From the NCBI RefSeq assembly GCF_032191835.1, contig NC_083223.1, forward strand, positions 70,804,001 through 70,868,000: a stretch of 64,000 nucleotides of DNA, in the 5' to 3' direction. Below, piece by piece: positions 11,701 to 25,185 of the stretch; within the stretch, counting starts at the first letter, position 1, and each line of letters opens with the position of its first letter. The notes beneath the pieces were generated by a model that was not told where the DNA came from, did no database searches, and was given only the letters and a program-made list of their open reading frames with translations. The stretch is from Heteronotia binoei. Taxonomy: Eukaryota. Made by a program: the position numbers and the translations under genes.

Positions 11701-14700
11701 CAAACTTATTGATTATATCTTGAACAGCCCTCTATTTTTAAGTACTGCCACAACGGCTGCTACCTACCCCTTTAGTGTATTTGGCCTCATTCCTTGCTTC
11801 AAATCCTGGCACAAGAAGAAAACAAGATACCTATAAGAAGGCTTTTGAGGATCTATGTTCTTGCCACTGGCCCCTTTCTTGAACACGGCCCAAGTATAAT
11901 TATAAATTCATCCGGTTGCCAGCCTCCTTGCCTGTATAATAATGTCTTCCCCCTCTCCATGCCCTCAGTTGGTGACAGGTTGGATCTGGGTGAAGGACAA
12001 GTCCCTGTGAAAGTAGAACTCTTCTCAATGGGATATACTACAGAGAGTCCACGGACATCTTTTTCAGTTCTGAGAATCAAGGGTGCCTTGGCCAGAAGGG
12101 GATGGTGAAGATCAACCCTGTGCCCACTCTCTGTTTGTTCAGAACCTTGCTGATCAGTGGGGGGGGGGGGGGGGGTTGGGGAAAAACAGCGTATGGCAAA
12201 CCTTTCAGCCACTGGTGTAGTAGCACATTTTCACCCTCTGAGGTGCTTGGTAAGACCTTGGTACCTGATGACTGTTCTGCAATGCCAGCAGATCCATTAT
12301 AGGCACCCTGAACCAGGCCAACACTTCCTGAAGGGTCTTGTGGATTACTGCCGATTCTCTTGGGTCTAAATCCTTCCTGCTCACCTAATCAGCTTGATCA
12401 TTTGACAAGTCTTGCAGGTGTAGGGCCCTCAGACTTGTTAGATGATGTTTCACCCATAGGAAAAGGCACTCTGCTTCCCTGTAGGGTAACGGCTCAGATA
12501 GTGCCCTGGAAGTTGATGTGAGCCTTTTCTATCATGTCATTAGTCCTTACCAACATATTCCTGTCACACAATAGGTCCCAGGCAGCAACTAGGGCTAACC
12601 TGATTGCTCATCGTTCCAGCCAGTTGAGACGGTTACATATTTCTAGGGAGGTCCATCTGCCTCATGCAACTTGGTCCAGGGCCATGTGCTCTCTCTTCTT
12701 TCCTTTATTTGTGCCAACAGTCGCTATGAGATGAGTAGACTACAGGAAGGTTATCTCTTTGATCGGGTTACCTAAGGAAGTCCCCCATCTTTAAGATCTT
12801 TTCAGGGAAGGGGCTAGCTTGATCTGCTTGTGGTGCCTTTGGCTCTTTGCCGATTTATCAGGAACTCATGCTCCTGAAGCAACTGAATGGACATTTCTGA
12901 GTCCCTGGCTGCCAATTTCCTGTCCCTGATCAGGAGATCATCTAAGTAAGCGTGGACTGCCTCAAGGTGGCTATCACAGTACCAGCACCTTGGTGAAGAC
13001 TCTTGGTGCAGATGACAGGCCAAAGGGTAAGGCCACAAGTTGTTAATGCTGGCCACCCAGGGAGAAACACAGTAATCATCTGGAGGCTTGGTGCATAGGA
13101 ATATGCAGGCAAACTTCCTTGAGACCAGTGGCAAGAAGTCCCGCTGCTAAGATGATTTGGAGAATAGAGTGAAGCAACTCCACATGGAATTTCTGCTTTT
13201 TCATCCACAGCTTCAGCTCCTTTAGACTGAGGATGGGCCTCCAATGCCCTGATTTCACAGGCACCATGAAGAGGACTGAGTAGACCAAACCTCTGCAAGG
13301 TAGGTAGCAACTCAACTGCCCCTATGGACAGAAGAGGCTGTTCTGCTTCTAGTAGCATATAATGCCTTGTTTTGTTCTGGGAGCTGTGGACAGAATGAAT
13401 CTGTGGTGGGGTGGAGATACAAACTCTACCTTGTAACTATGTTTGATGATTGAGATCACCTACTGGCCTGTCATGGTTTTCCTCCATATGTAGGAAAAGT
13501 TCTGAAGATAGCCAAACAGTGGGTCTCTTTGTTAGACCCCTCTTGTTTGTTGGACAGGAAACTACCTGTGCTTAAACCAGGACTGATAACAAAAGGGACA
13601 GATATTCCTGAAATCCTTTTCTTCTTGGTCCCTGGCATGAGTCCCGAGGCTATGAAAGGAGTTGTGCGCTCTCCCTTTGTTGTCTTTTTCCTTAGCGGCC
13701 AGGGCAGATGGCATAGCCTTCTTTTCTTTTGTCTCCATCAGGGCCTTGTCTGAGGCACTCTCTCCAAAGGCAACCTACCAGAGAGTTTCTCTGGTGACAG
13801 GCTGGATTTTGACAGAGGGTCTATCTTCCTGTGTTTCAGTCACAAATTTTTCCTTATCACCATGTATGCCACCCGCACCCTTGCACAGAACTGCATGGTG
13901 TCCCAGGAAGCATTCGCAGCAGCATCTGCTGCCTCTTAATTTTTAGAAAATCTCCTAACATCAGGGCATCAGGCTCCCTGTCCTGAAGGAGATTGTCTGC
14001 CCAGATAACCTATTGCTCTGGTAAAGTTTGACAGAACACCTGACACCCTCATTGTGAGGGAGGGCGCCTCATGAGACTTTTTGAGTGATGTCTCAGTTTC
14101 TCTGTCCACGGAGACTTTCAGAACACTGTCTCCATCTTTACACAAGACAGCTCCTGAATGAAGGGCAACCACTGGGGCATCAACTAGGGAAGCCTTGAAA
14201 TCATCCCTGGTCCCCTCCAGAAAGGCATAGAATTTTTAAAAATATTTAATCTGTTCCCGGGAACCAGCCACTCTGCCCTCAGACCATATCATGGGCCAAC
14301 CGATGACCCTTCAGATGGTCTCTTAGACTGCCTCACATCAAGCGTGGCCAAAGTAGCTGCTCTGAGTTTCTCAGGGCTGTTCATCTAAAAATTCAGAGTA
14401 GATATAACTTTCTCCAGCAGTCTCTGGTAATGATAAGGTTACAAATGGCCTAGATGAGCTCTCTGGCGTATCAGCGTCCCCCCACCACCACACACACTCT
14501 TTCCTCCCTTTCAGAGCTTGGCACATAGGCTCCCATACGGTCCCCTGCCCATGGTGGCTGGATCCCAGGGAGTCCCAGTGGAGGCTGAAATGGGAGCATC
14601 CAGACCTATCTCAAGGCCTGCATCAACCAGCCTACCATGGCCAGGTTGAAAAATGCAGGAAAAATGGCACAACCACATTGCTTCCTGCAATTGCTAGTGG

Positions 14701-15504
14701 GTCAGGGAAGGTCTGTACATCCCAGAGGAAAAGGACCTGGCTTGTCATTCAACTCCTGGCCTTTGGGACCACCCTGCTCACATCTGGCCCTCACTGTTCT
14801 TTTTTCTTTTCTTTTTTTGTGGGGGGGGGGGGTTGCTCACCTCCCTCTCCAATGAACATGCTGCTTGCTGACCCAGAAGTTTGAAGGTCCCATTGGGCAT
14901 CTTCAACCACAATTTACTCTGCTTGGCCTGCTGCAAGGGCCTTCATGCATCTTCTATCCACAGCACAGCAAGGGAGAGATCTGAAGCTTCAGTTCACCCT
15001 GCTCTGCCTGATGAGTGCACTGCTTGCCAACCTGGAAGCTTCCAGGTCCCATCAGGTGATTTCAGCTGCAGTCTGCTCCACATGGTCTGTTGCTTTGCAT
15101 AGCTTGCAGCAATGATGCAACAAGGGAGAGATTCAAAGCTTATATCTTCCTGCTTTGCCCATAGCAGTGGCTGCCAATGTCAGGTCCCTTTTCAGCTCCT
15201 CTCCAATGCCCAGAGCATGGTCTCCTTCATCATCTTTGATCCCACCATAGATGCCCTCCCTCCTCCGGGTCTTTTTTGTCTTCCATCTCAGTACAATTTG
15301 AAGCTGCTCGTCTATTTCATTTCTTTCTAATTGAATCTTTTTCTTCCTTTTTTTTAAAAGATGTGGAGCCAGGCTGACAAGTCCTGCTGGATTTTTAGGG
15401 CTATGCAAACTGGAGAGGTGATCTTGCTCCATCCCAAAAGAGTCACACAAAAATTTGCATAGCCCTGCCCACAGTGAGAGGAGGTGTGACCTAACAAGCT
15501 TGGA

Positions 15505-16080
15505 TGTCACGGGTCAGCCAGGGCTCAGCAATAGCAAGGACTTCTCAGAAGAGGAGCCCTGTGTAGGTAGCCTTGAGTTAACAGAAGCATGAAAATGAGC
15601 TAAAATACACAGAATTCACAGCCAGCAGCTGGTAACAGAGCCACCAACACCCTGCAGTCCTGATTCAGCCGGTGAACCTCAGCTGGCCACTCCAGCCCAC
15701 CAGCATCACCTAGATCAGGGGTGGCCAACAGCAGCTCTCCAGATGGTCAATGGCTGGGGCTGATTGGAGTTGTAGGCAAAAAACATCTGGAGAGCTACCG
15801 CTGGCCACCCCTGATCTATTAGAGCACCACAAACAAAGACTGAGAACAGAGCTATAGACAAGACAGCAAACTGCACACCTCATAATCTGACACCAACTAC
15901 TTGCTGATAACTAAGATGAGTAGTTGCAGGGAGGCTGTTAGTATGGATGGAATGCATGCTATAGATGCTACGCCACTGACTCTGCCTTGGCTGACTTCTG
16001 GACCTATGATGTTGGACTGAATGACTCTGCCTTGCCTGACTTCTGGCACATGATATTTAGATCTTTTGTAAGCCAGTGCA
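15505..16080 (+). mobile_element. Probable solo LTR inserted in the DIRS left ITR
   Basis: TGTCAC...TGCA ends; a 45-bp internal tandem repeat (15977-16050); it splits the ITR sequence CTTGGATG/CTTGATG; TSD imperfect. Confidence 0.45.
15716..15813. mobile_element. CAGGGGTGGCC-TIR hAT-type MITE (internally deleted)
   Basis: CAGGGGTGGCCAAC...GGCCACCCCTG; same family as 21634, 53268 and 60883. Confidence 0.85.
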
Positions 16081-16374
16081 CTTGATGACTTCCCTACTGA
16101 AGGAGAAAGCAGTATTTTTTAAAAAACCTGAACTCTGAGCAACTATGCTAGAAAAAAATCTGTGCAAGACTGAAAACTTGAAGTACAGTATGACCAATAC
16201 AACTGTTTCATATTCTTAGCTTGCATTCAACAGGAACAAGACAACAGAAAACACTAATCCTTTATTACACAGTACAAACTGTACAGTGTTTACATATCTC
16301 ACAAACAATCTGTACACCCTACGTCAAGAAACTGAGGACCCAAGACATACGTCTTGGCAGAATCTGTGTTGTAA

Positions 16375-17150
16375 TGTCTTACCCCTGGTCTGTGAGTCTT
16401 TGTTGGGTTATTTACCCCCATGGTAATAAGATTCCTGGGTTAAGGGCAACCACCAGGCTAAATAGCAACACCTGGTGCTGTCAAACCCCACTGACAGTGC
16501 TCCGCCTAGCCATCCAGGGTGACAGTTTAGATCAAAAAGATCTAGATCCTGGGGGCTAAATTGCATGCCAACTGCTATTGGCTAATTGTGTGACAGCTAG
16601 CCAAAGATAAGTAAGCTAGGAGTTACCACCGTAAGGTAAGAAGAAGAAATGCTGCCAGAATCTTTAGGAAGGAGATGACCTCTGATGCAAGAAGAGTGCT
16701 TCCAGAAGGATGTCGGAGAGAGGCAATTTGTTCCAGTTGATACTAAGGACAAAAACCAAGTTTCTTTGTGCGATTTACCTCAGAACTCTCCATTCTCTCC
16801 CACAAAGCTGTGCAGCTGAAAGAGTACTTCTCTCAGGAGCAGCCTTTGAGTAAGCAAGTACTGTCCCAAGTGTTAGCCCAGGCTAGTCTAGACAGGTTTA
16901 TTGTTTTTGTGTTATCTGTTTTTGTTTGCACACCTATTCCTGTTCTTTTAACCTTTGAACTACTTCTGTAAATGAACTCTGTTTTTTATTTTAACTGGAG
17001 TCTCTCTTTTGGTCCTTAAGTACTGGTAGAAAGTTTAGCTACCAGATAGTAAATACAGCACCAAACAAAAGAATTCAGGTACTTAAGTTTATGTAGTGCA
17101 ACCCAATTTTACTTATCTTTCTGTGGGTTGGTCTGAGGGTTAATAAGACA
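16375..17150 (+). mobile_element. Possible solo LTR
   Basis: TGTCTTA...TAAGACA inverted termini, 776 bp; no TSD found. Confidence 0.35.
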
Positions 17151-17984
17151 ACCCTCCAGCACTGGGAAAGGTCCTGTTTTAATATCAGTAGCTGCTGGGG
17201 CTCGGATGTGGCAGCAAGTAGCATATTTTGATACCCTACAATTAAAATTCTGATTGAACGAATCCAGAAACTAGACATATGAACCAATAAGATTATTTAG
17301 AACCCCCAATTAACTACTGATGCTGCTTTTCTACACTATTTATATACATTTAGTGGGTTACTTCTGCTGATGGCAGGACTTCCGTCAGCACAGGGTAATT
17401 TTCTCTCCTTCCCTCTGCTGCTGCAGCCCCAAATGCTCCCCAAAAACATTATTAGCGGGAAACAGGAGCAGCATTTCAGGGGACATTCTGAGCTGCAGCA
17501 GGAGAAGGGAGGCAAGAAAGCAGCACATCACTGTCAGAAATAATTCTATTTATGGAATCATTCTGTGGAACCAAGCCCTACATTCAGAACGCATTTTGCA
17601 GTCACTGCTATGCCTATGTTTTAAAGTAGGATGCCAACATAGGATGCAATCAATGCTACAGTAGAATGAAAAACTATTTCATTAGGATATACTTCATAAT
17701 CCAAGACTATTCCCCCCCCCCAAACACATATTCCACTAAGGTGAAATCAAAGCATATCAAAACTAATTTCCCCTTCTCGCTGCAGATTCCTCCTCATGTT
17801 GTTCCTCAAGATCCCATATCCACAGGAGCAACATTTGCTAGAGATCAGCAGGCTACAGTAGGAACTGAGAGGCAGGAAAGTTCCATTCCACTGACCAAAA
17901 ACTTAAGACTGGATCCAACCCATTGTAAGCACATGGAAAATAGGTCACAAAGGTACATGAATACAGCAGTTTTACAATACTCAC

Positions 17985-18045
17985 TGTAATACGCATAGAG
18001 CACTGTATCTTCAATATGTCTTGTAACATTTGGATCAGCCCAGTC
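17985..18045 (-). CDS. LMBRD1: LMBRD1 exon 3 (61 bp; DWADPNVTRHIEDTVLYAYY + 1 nt)
   Basis: CTTTAG acceptor and GTGAGT donor; matches the recalled human DWANANVSRQIEDTVLYGYYT; phase 0 follows exon 2. Confidence 0.95.
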
Positions 18046-19654
18046 CTAAAGACGTTAACAAGGGAAAGAAAAAAATAGCAATCTGTATATTCTGTGTACA
18101 AGAACAGTTATAAAAGTAACTTCTAGTTTACATCTAGCCTTTTAATTTGCATGATTAGATGAACTGAAATTGTACAACTCCAGACTAGGCCATTACCAGT
18201 TTACCTAAAGAGCAATGTTGAATCAGTGCTGTGTTTTATACAGAGAACTGCCACTGGATATCACCAAAACTAATGATTAACAAGATATTATAAGCAAAGC
18301 TGTGGGATGAAAGCAGGGAAGATCTTAAGACCCATCTTACTAACAAATCAAGACTTTGAGGACTGAGAATACAGCTGGTTGCTCATCTGCCAATTCCTGA
18401 CGAGGGTTAAAGAACAAAAAGGTAGGCTATACCATTACAGAATGTGGTCACTGTGTAGTGACCTACCATTTTAAGAATTATAATTTGAACACTGGGATAC
18501 ATAAATTCTAGCTTCTCTTCAGTCTCTATTTGTTATTTTAAGTGTTTTATAGTAAATTTTGACATTTACAAGTAACTCTAAGGTTTAGAAAGCTAGTGGG
18601 AAATTATCTGTCATTGAGTCAAGTCCAATTAAGCACTACTTGAAAAAGAGAATTTTAATTTTGTATTTTCTCAATGGATGCTAATAGCACAATCCCACAT
18701 TTACCACAGCACAGGTGTAAAACTTGGGAATTAGGCCCATGCTCATCTGCAGAAACAAGTACCCTCAATGAATAACTAAATATAACCTTATCTCTTCTAT
18801 CAGTTTTTACCAGAATATATTGGGAAATCTTCTAAAAGGGCTAACTCCTGTTAAAATTTCTTGCACATGATTTGCCAGCAATGAGAAAACCATATTTTCT
18901 TCAAGAATATGGTATTTAAATGGTAACCAGGAGGATGAAAATTTTTACAAAACATTAATCTCTGCTTCTCTCTGAACTCCCCATTTCCTACCCCAAATTC
19001 AACCTCATCCAGTTATTTTATGGTTGCAAACTTTATTTCTTATTTGCAGACCACAGTATGGATAGCAATGGAAAGATGACTGGGAAAGAATGAAATATGA
19101 CACAGTGAGGAACAATAGTGAAGTTGGTGAATGAAGATATTGGTGGAAGAATGGGGCGACCATACTGTTAAGATTTTGACTGTATGGACCCAGAATATGG
19201 CTGATAGTCAAACAAACAACTTTGACTAGACTAAGCAAGCCTGGACTTTGTCTCTGCCCAGATGGGATCTCATAATATCCTCATATATGCGGCTTGTCAC
19301 TACAGGGGCAATGTTACTACTCTAACCTTGAATTAGATCAAGACTGATAACAGGGGGAAATAGGTACTGCAAATGGTTTCCCTTCAAAATAGCTGAAATC
19401 AAGTTCATCATTAGCTAATTCTATAAGCCAAGTGCCCGCTTCAGTGGCCATTAAGTGAAGCAGATTTGGGGGAAAGTTATCTGTAACATCAAAAAATTTA
19501 CAGAATTATGAATCCCTTTAAAAAAAAAATCAAGCACTTGTGAGCTAGTTTATTCATATAAGCATGGGAAGATCTGCAACAGGGAGCCAACAGTATGGAA
19601 GTCATACACCACTCTTTCCTTTGACATATTATATAGAAACACAGAAGAATTGGT

Positions 19655-19933
19655 GTCCAGAGAAGGATATTGGACTTATATTCCACCCTATACTCTGAAT
19701 CTAAGAGCAGTCACAATCTCCTTTGCCTTCCCCCTCGCACACAACAGACACCCTGTGAGGTAGGTGGGGCTGAGAGAGCTTTTTACAGCAGCTGCCCTTT
19801 CAAGGACAACTCCTGTGAAAGCTATGGCTGACCCAAGGCCGTTCCAGCAGGTTCAAGTGGAGGAGTGGGGAATCAAACCCAGTTCTCTCAGACAAGACTC
19901 CGTGCACTTAACCACTATACCAAACTGGCTCTC
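19655..19933 (-). mobile_element. Squam3-like tRNA-derived SINE
   Basis: Reverse complement of GAGAGCCAGTTTGGTATAGTGGTTAAGTGCACGGA...; same family as 21365 and 30222. Confidence 0.85.
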
Positions 19934-20380
19934 AGAGGTGGTATGGGGGGGCAGATGGACAAACAAAATGAAACGTAACTCAATCAAAATGGAACTGCTG
20001 ATGCTCATGATTGGATGTATAACACTGACTTTATGAATATCCACTCTCCACAAAGAAGCAAATTCACAGTCTGGAACTGCTCTCAAATCCTACCCTGCTT
20101 CTTGAGAGGAAGGCTGTGGGGTCTGCAAAGTGTCTCACTAACTTGTTTTGGCTTGACAACTGTGGCCAGTCTTTAGGCATGTTATAACAGCGCGCCTGGC
20201 GGTCTCACTGGATCGCTTCTATATGCGACTTATGGCTACCCCAGCCCCTTTTCCACCTCAGTTCTCCCTTTTGAATTTCACCTCACGACTATGAAACGCA
20301 AGGGGTGGTTGTAATATGGATTTCTCACTACTAGTCTCTTCGGGGGTTTTGTTTTGCTTTCAGATGGATATAAACTTAGT

Positions 20381-21064
20381 TGGTAGGGGACCACAGCAGT
20401 TTTGATAGTTTTCCCAATATACTGGCACCAGAGAACTTTAAAGTAAACCACAGAAATTTATTAACATACACACACCATCTTCAACTGGGGAATGGGAAAT
20501 ATATACATGGGCTATATTGTATCTCAAGCAGTTAACAGTTTCTTCATAGTTCAGGCTTTATAATATCAAGTTTGCTTAGGTCTTTCAGGTTTCACAGATC
20601 ATACAGCTTTCACTCTCCAACACTATTCTGGGTTGGCCTCTTGGGTATAATGTGCCAAGTCCCTTAAGTCGACTGGTGTCTCTTCTCCCAACCCTTCAGA
20701 CTTCTAGACCCACATCTTTCCCTCAACCACCTCTTTAGCTCTTAAGAGAAGTGTCTCTGTGTCTGTGACCTCTCAGGTCTTTTACTGTGACTCTTCTCTA
20801 GTCACACAGAGCCCCTTGGCTGTCTTTATAGAGTGAACCGTGAGCTCTGCTTCTCCCGAAGACTCTCCTCAGCTCCTGTCTCAGCTTCTTCTCAGACCAA
20901 CTGCTCTCTTCAGCAGTCTCCCTCAGACTCCGTCTGACACTAACTGCCCTCAGCCATTAGCTGTCAATGACCTCTGAGAGTTCCGAGCACTCTGGCCCCC
21001 ACCCTCAGGTCATCTGACGCAGGCTCTGCGTCGTCTTCTTGTTAACCTGTTCATTACCGTCACA
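20381..21064 (-). mobile_element. Possible solo LTR
   Basis: The minus strand starts TGTGACGG and ends CTACCA, with TATA-like CTATAAAG and AATAAA in the correct order; no TSD found. Confidence 0.4.
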
Positions 21065-21364
21065 CAAGCAGATCTGGACATGGTCACATGACCACTTCCA
21101 GATAATCACAGGAGACTTTATCTGAGAATGCTTTAGAAGACTTTTCAGAAAACTGAAAGTTATCTGGTGCAAAATGAAACATCAAGGGATCCAACCTGAA
21201 TAACCAAATGCTTTGTCATCTACTGACTACTTATCCATTTCTAGAGAGCAATTCAAAGTTGACTTTTAAAGCAACAAAGTTTGAGATCAAGGCACTTGAA
21301 GGAGCACCTCCGCTCCAACTTGTAAACAGGACATATTTTTAGGATTTCGTTGAATGTTTTACTT

Positions 21365-21779
21365 GAAGAAGATGATATTGGATTTATATCCCGCCCTCCA
21401 CTCCGAATCTCAGAGCGGCTCACAATCTCCTTTATCTTCCTCCCCCACAATAGACACCCTGTGAGGTGGGTGGGGCTGAGAGGACTCTCACAGCAGCTAC
21501 CCTTTCAAGGACAACCTCTGCCAGAGCTATGGCTGACCCGAGGCCATTCCAGCAGGTGCAAGTGGTGGAGTGCAGGAGTGGAAAATCAAACCCGGTTCTC
21601 CCAAATAAGAGTCCACACACTTAACCACTACACCAGGGGTGGCCAACGTTAGCTCTCCAGATGTTTTTTGCCTACAACTCCCATCAGCCCCAGCCATTGG
21701 CCATGCTGGCTGGGGCTGATGGGAGTTGTAGGCAAAAAACATCTGCAGAGCTACTGTTGACTACACCAAACTGGCTCTC
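21365..21779 (-). mobile_element. Squam3-like SINE interrupted by a MITE
   Basis: Full SINE body with a GAAGAAGATGAT tail; the head is split at CACTACAC. Confidence 0.85.
21634..21759. mobile_element. CAGGGGTGGCC-TIR palindromic MITE with clipped right end
   Basis: Left flank CACTACAC, right flank ACTACAC (7 of 8 TSD bases); the right TIR is missing. Confidence 0.85.
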
Positions 21780-23538
21780 AAACTTGGTTTTATGAACTCT
21801 TCAAAGATTTTTAAACTGACATCTGTCAGATGGTTTTATATTATTATTGCATTGTAACTACACAGTCACTGTTATTTTTCTAGCTTGGTTTTCCTTACTT
21901 TTTCGCCACCTTGCAGGTTGACATTCATCAACAGCACAGTAGAATAAAATAAACAAATAGCTCAGGTGTTAATCTTCCCTCTTTTTTACAGTAGTTCTCA
22001 GATAACTTATTATGTGCATGTTTAAGTTTGCTGTCACTGATAAAACAATCACATCAATCTCCCTCACATTTATGCAGCCAGAATAACTTAAAGCAGGCTT
22101 ATCAAACAAAGTTATTTTAACAGATACTTGATGTAATGGTCTCTAAGGCACTCATTCCCATTTAACCACAACAAACATGAGACATTCCAATAAATCCATC
22201 CACAACCTGAGAACTAAGTTTAAACATGAGTTGTTCCAGGAATGCAATAAACAGTATATACGAGAATGCATTCAAAAAGCAAGAGGATGTGATTTCAAAA
22301 AGCAAGAGGATGTGATTGACATAAAGCAAACAGGTTTGGAACTGATGCATAAAAGCTCACTCTCACAACTCTCCATGTATCTGATCAAGACAACCATTAT
22401 CCATCTCAGCAATTTCTGAGAACTACATCTTAGCATCAAGACAGCACATGCTGTTGCCACATTCAACTACACGTGCAATCAGAATGTTCTGAATAATACA
22501 TAGAAGACAGCTGCTTTCCGTTGTCCAGTGTGACTTAGAAAACACTTGCATATTAAAATATGGGCATGAATAAGAGTTTTAAAAAAATTAAAACTCACAA
22601 CTCCACTACTACACAGCATATCTATGTTTATGGCCCTGGGCCAGAAACACCTAGAACCAACATTCATAGGATGCTGAGAAAACTTTCTACTTTATGTGGC
22701 AGTGTGGGGTGACACATTACTAACATAATTATTAATTATTAACATATAACAGCTGTTTTATCTAATTTTATCCTAACTTATAATGGTAATTTAATTGTAT
22801 TTTAATTTGTCTTATTGTATTGTATTGATTGTATTTTATTGAAATCATGGTTGTTCCATGTCTGTGAGCCGCCCTGAGCCTGCCTTTGGCGGGGGAGGGC
22901 AGGATACAAAAATAAATTTACCTTACCTTACCACATTTGTTTTAATTTGTGTCAAAATCCCTCAAGAAACCTGTAAGCACAAGTGCTTTTCCCTTCCCCC
23001 CCCCCGAATTATTTTACAGGTTTTTCTCCCTAGCCTTCATAGGTTTGTATTGACTCAGCTAGAGAAACTGCTATAGCTATCAGTAAGAAAACAGACAGTT
23101 ATGAAAACTGCTTAGAAATTAGAACAGAAATCTCATACTAAGGGAACAATATTTTTCACTGTACAGCTTCTGTGGTCTGTTACCACAAATAAAAGCCATT
23201 TTTAAAAATACAATTACTTCTGCATTTGAAAGAAATGGGGAAAAAACTTCTTCCACCATGAAAAAAACCCCAGAATATTATTTTACTTATACGCAACACC
23301 TAGCAAAGGGAGAGAGTGAAAGCAAGATGCTCAACCAAAACTAGATTCTCAATTTAAAACAAACTGTAGCTTGCTTCTGAATTTGGAACAAATCACTTGG
23401 TGAAAAATTGGGAGAAAGACAAGTAGTGAACCTTTTGATAATACATAGACTTGCAATAAAACCCTGAAAACATTTGTCTGACACATCATTTTAAATGCTG
23501 CCATAGCTTTATAACTGATATTTGGAATACCTTGGTTT

Positions 23539-23681
23539 TGCTGTCAAATGACAGCCAACTTCTGGCAACCCCATAGGGTTTTCAAGACAAGAGACATTCA
23601 GAGGTAATTTGCCATTGTTTGCTTCTGCATAGCAACCCTGGTACTCTGCTTAGCATCCAAGATCCAGCTAGCCTGGGTTAT
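23539..23681 (-). mobile_element. 5S-Sauria-like SINE fragment
   Basis: GCTGTCAAATGACAGCC...GTTTTCAAGACAAGAG body with remnants of a 5S-like head. Confidence 0.65.
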
Positions 23682-24175
23682 CCTACCTTCACAATTTTTC
23701 CCCAATTTGTTGAGCCATTAGGATTTACTCTCCACTTGTGTCAGTCTATACAACTGCATGTATTCAAAGGCCATCTCAACATGACTAAGATGCTTTGGCC
23801 CTTACAGTTGGCTAAGCAGCAAATGGAGAAGATAGTCCCAAATTATTTTGATAGTCTTTAATTAAAAATCAGATACTGAGCTAAATCTCCAGTACTCAGA
23901 TGATGACTTCAAGGCCCTCAAAAACCAACCTCCCCAGTATCTTGCTTCTTTCCATCTTTCTCGTTCTCACTAAGAAAGCTGAGCTTTTGAAAGCAGCACA
24001 GTGAATCTTGGAAACAGAACAGAGTAACAAATCTGCACAGCACAGTATTCACCTGGTTCTGACTAGAATCTGAAAAGCATTTCATTTGTCAAAGTTTCCA
24101 TAGATAAAGTATTGTCAGCTACAGAGAAGGGGCATAAATTAAAGAACACTAGAGCACTAGATTTTTCTTTCTTTT

Positions 24176-24368
24176 TGCCATTGTCACAGCTGATTTATGG
24201 TGATCCTATAAGGTTTTCGAAGCAATAGATGTTCAGAGGTGGTTTGTCACTGCCTGCCTCTGTGTCCCAACCCTAGTATTCCTTAGTGATCTCCCTTCAA
24301 AATACTAGCCAGGGCCTACCCTGCTTAGCTTCCATGAGCTGACAAGATTGGGGTCACTTGGGCTATTC
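24176..24368 (-). mobile_element. 5S-Sauria-like SINE
   Basis: Contains CAAAATACTAGCCAGGGCCTACCCTGCTTAGCTTCC, the reverse complement of the 5S box A/C region. Confidence 0.7.
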
Positions 24369-25185
24369 AGTTCAGGATAGGATAATAGATAAGCAAATCC
24401 AATATGAGCACTCTCACATATTCAAAAATAATTTCTGCTTTTCCCACAAGCCAAGCAGCTTTTTGTTTTACAACTTTCCCTCCAAGAATGTTATCAAAAG
24501 CAAACAAACCATTACCTATTTTATGAGCATACTGCTGTTCATTCTGTTTTAAAAAGCCCAATAAATACATACCAAACTAAAGTATTTTAAAATAATGCTA
24601 AAGTATTAGGAGAGACTAATAGATCTTTCTGCTTCTACCTGTATGTGCTTAATTGTGCATAATTCTTCTCATACCCGACTGTTTTGGTTTTATACCCCAT
24701 TTCACACCACACTTTGCAACACAATTTAATAACCTGTTTGTTAAATACTATTGGACACACTCAAATATAATTTAGCCATCATTCAACCAGGAGAATGCTC
24801 TTTCCCATTCCCTTCCGGTGCCACACAAATTCTTTCTTTTTTTCCAGGCTGGTATTAAAAATGCTGCTGAGCTACAGCCATACCAGCATCATAACAAGCC
24901 TTTAAAGCAGACATTAGCAACTGTGGTCAACCAGACCTAAAAGTCACATAGTAAACAGTCGCTTTGGTTATGCCAGTGAAGTCATAATGCATGCCATAAT
25001 TAATGGTAGGCAAGATGATGGAAGTGGGAGGAGGAAACTGATTCTGCAAGCCACTCTTGATCATCTAACCATTGTTAAAAGAATGTGGAATATCGCTGCT
25101 AGACTAGACCATACCTATAGGTTCCTGCATTTCATTGGAATCTGATTATTACAGTCTCTCTTTTAAGTTCCCTTAATCATACCAT

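Larger units (their letters stand above)
10650..16106 (-). mobile_element. Decayed DIRS1-like tyrosine-recombinase retroelement (copy 1)
   Basis: RT motifs YSVLFMVPVKSGHWRPILSL (13076-13315) and AYLDDLLIR (12814-13134); YR motifs FHKDSVELMTEPSF, AHFTGAEITSTAF and RHYRM..AFG. ITRs share a perfect 24-bp core (10735-10758 / 15446-15469), and an ICR at 10907-10950 is complementary to both termini. Confidence 0.85.

Noticed and set aside
15004-15040. Other CTGATGA motifs as hammerheads (also 8322, 39694, 50075, 60972)
   Set aside because: No stem II followed by GAAA and no NUH/stem I pairing.
24290-24345. 5S rRNA-like sequences (also about 32780 and 54035)
   Set aside because: Partial, mutated and fused to a SINE body, so these are SINE heads, not rRNA genes.
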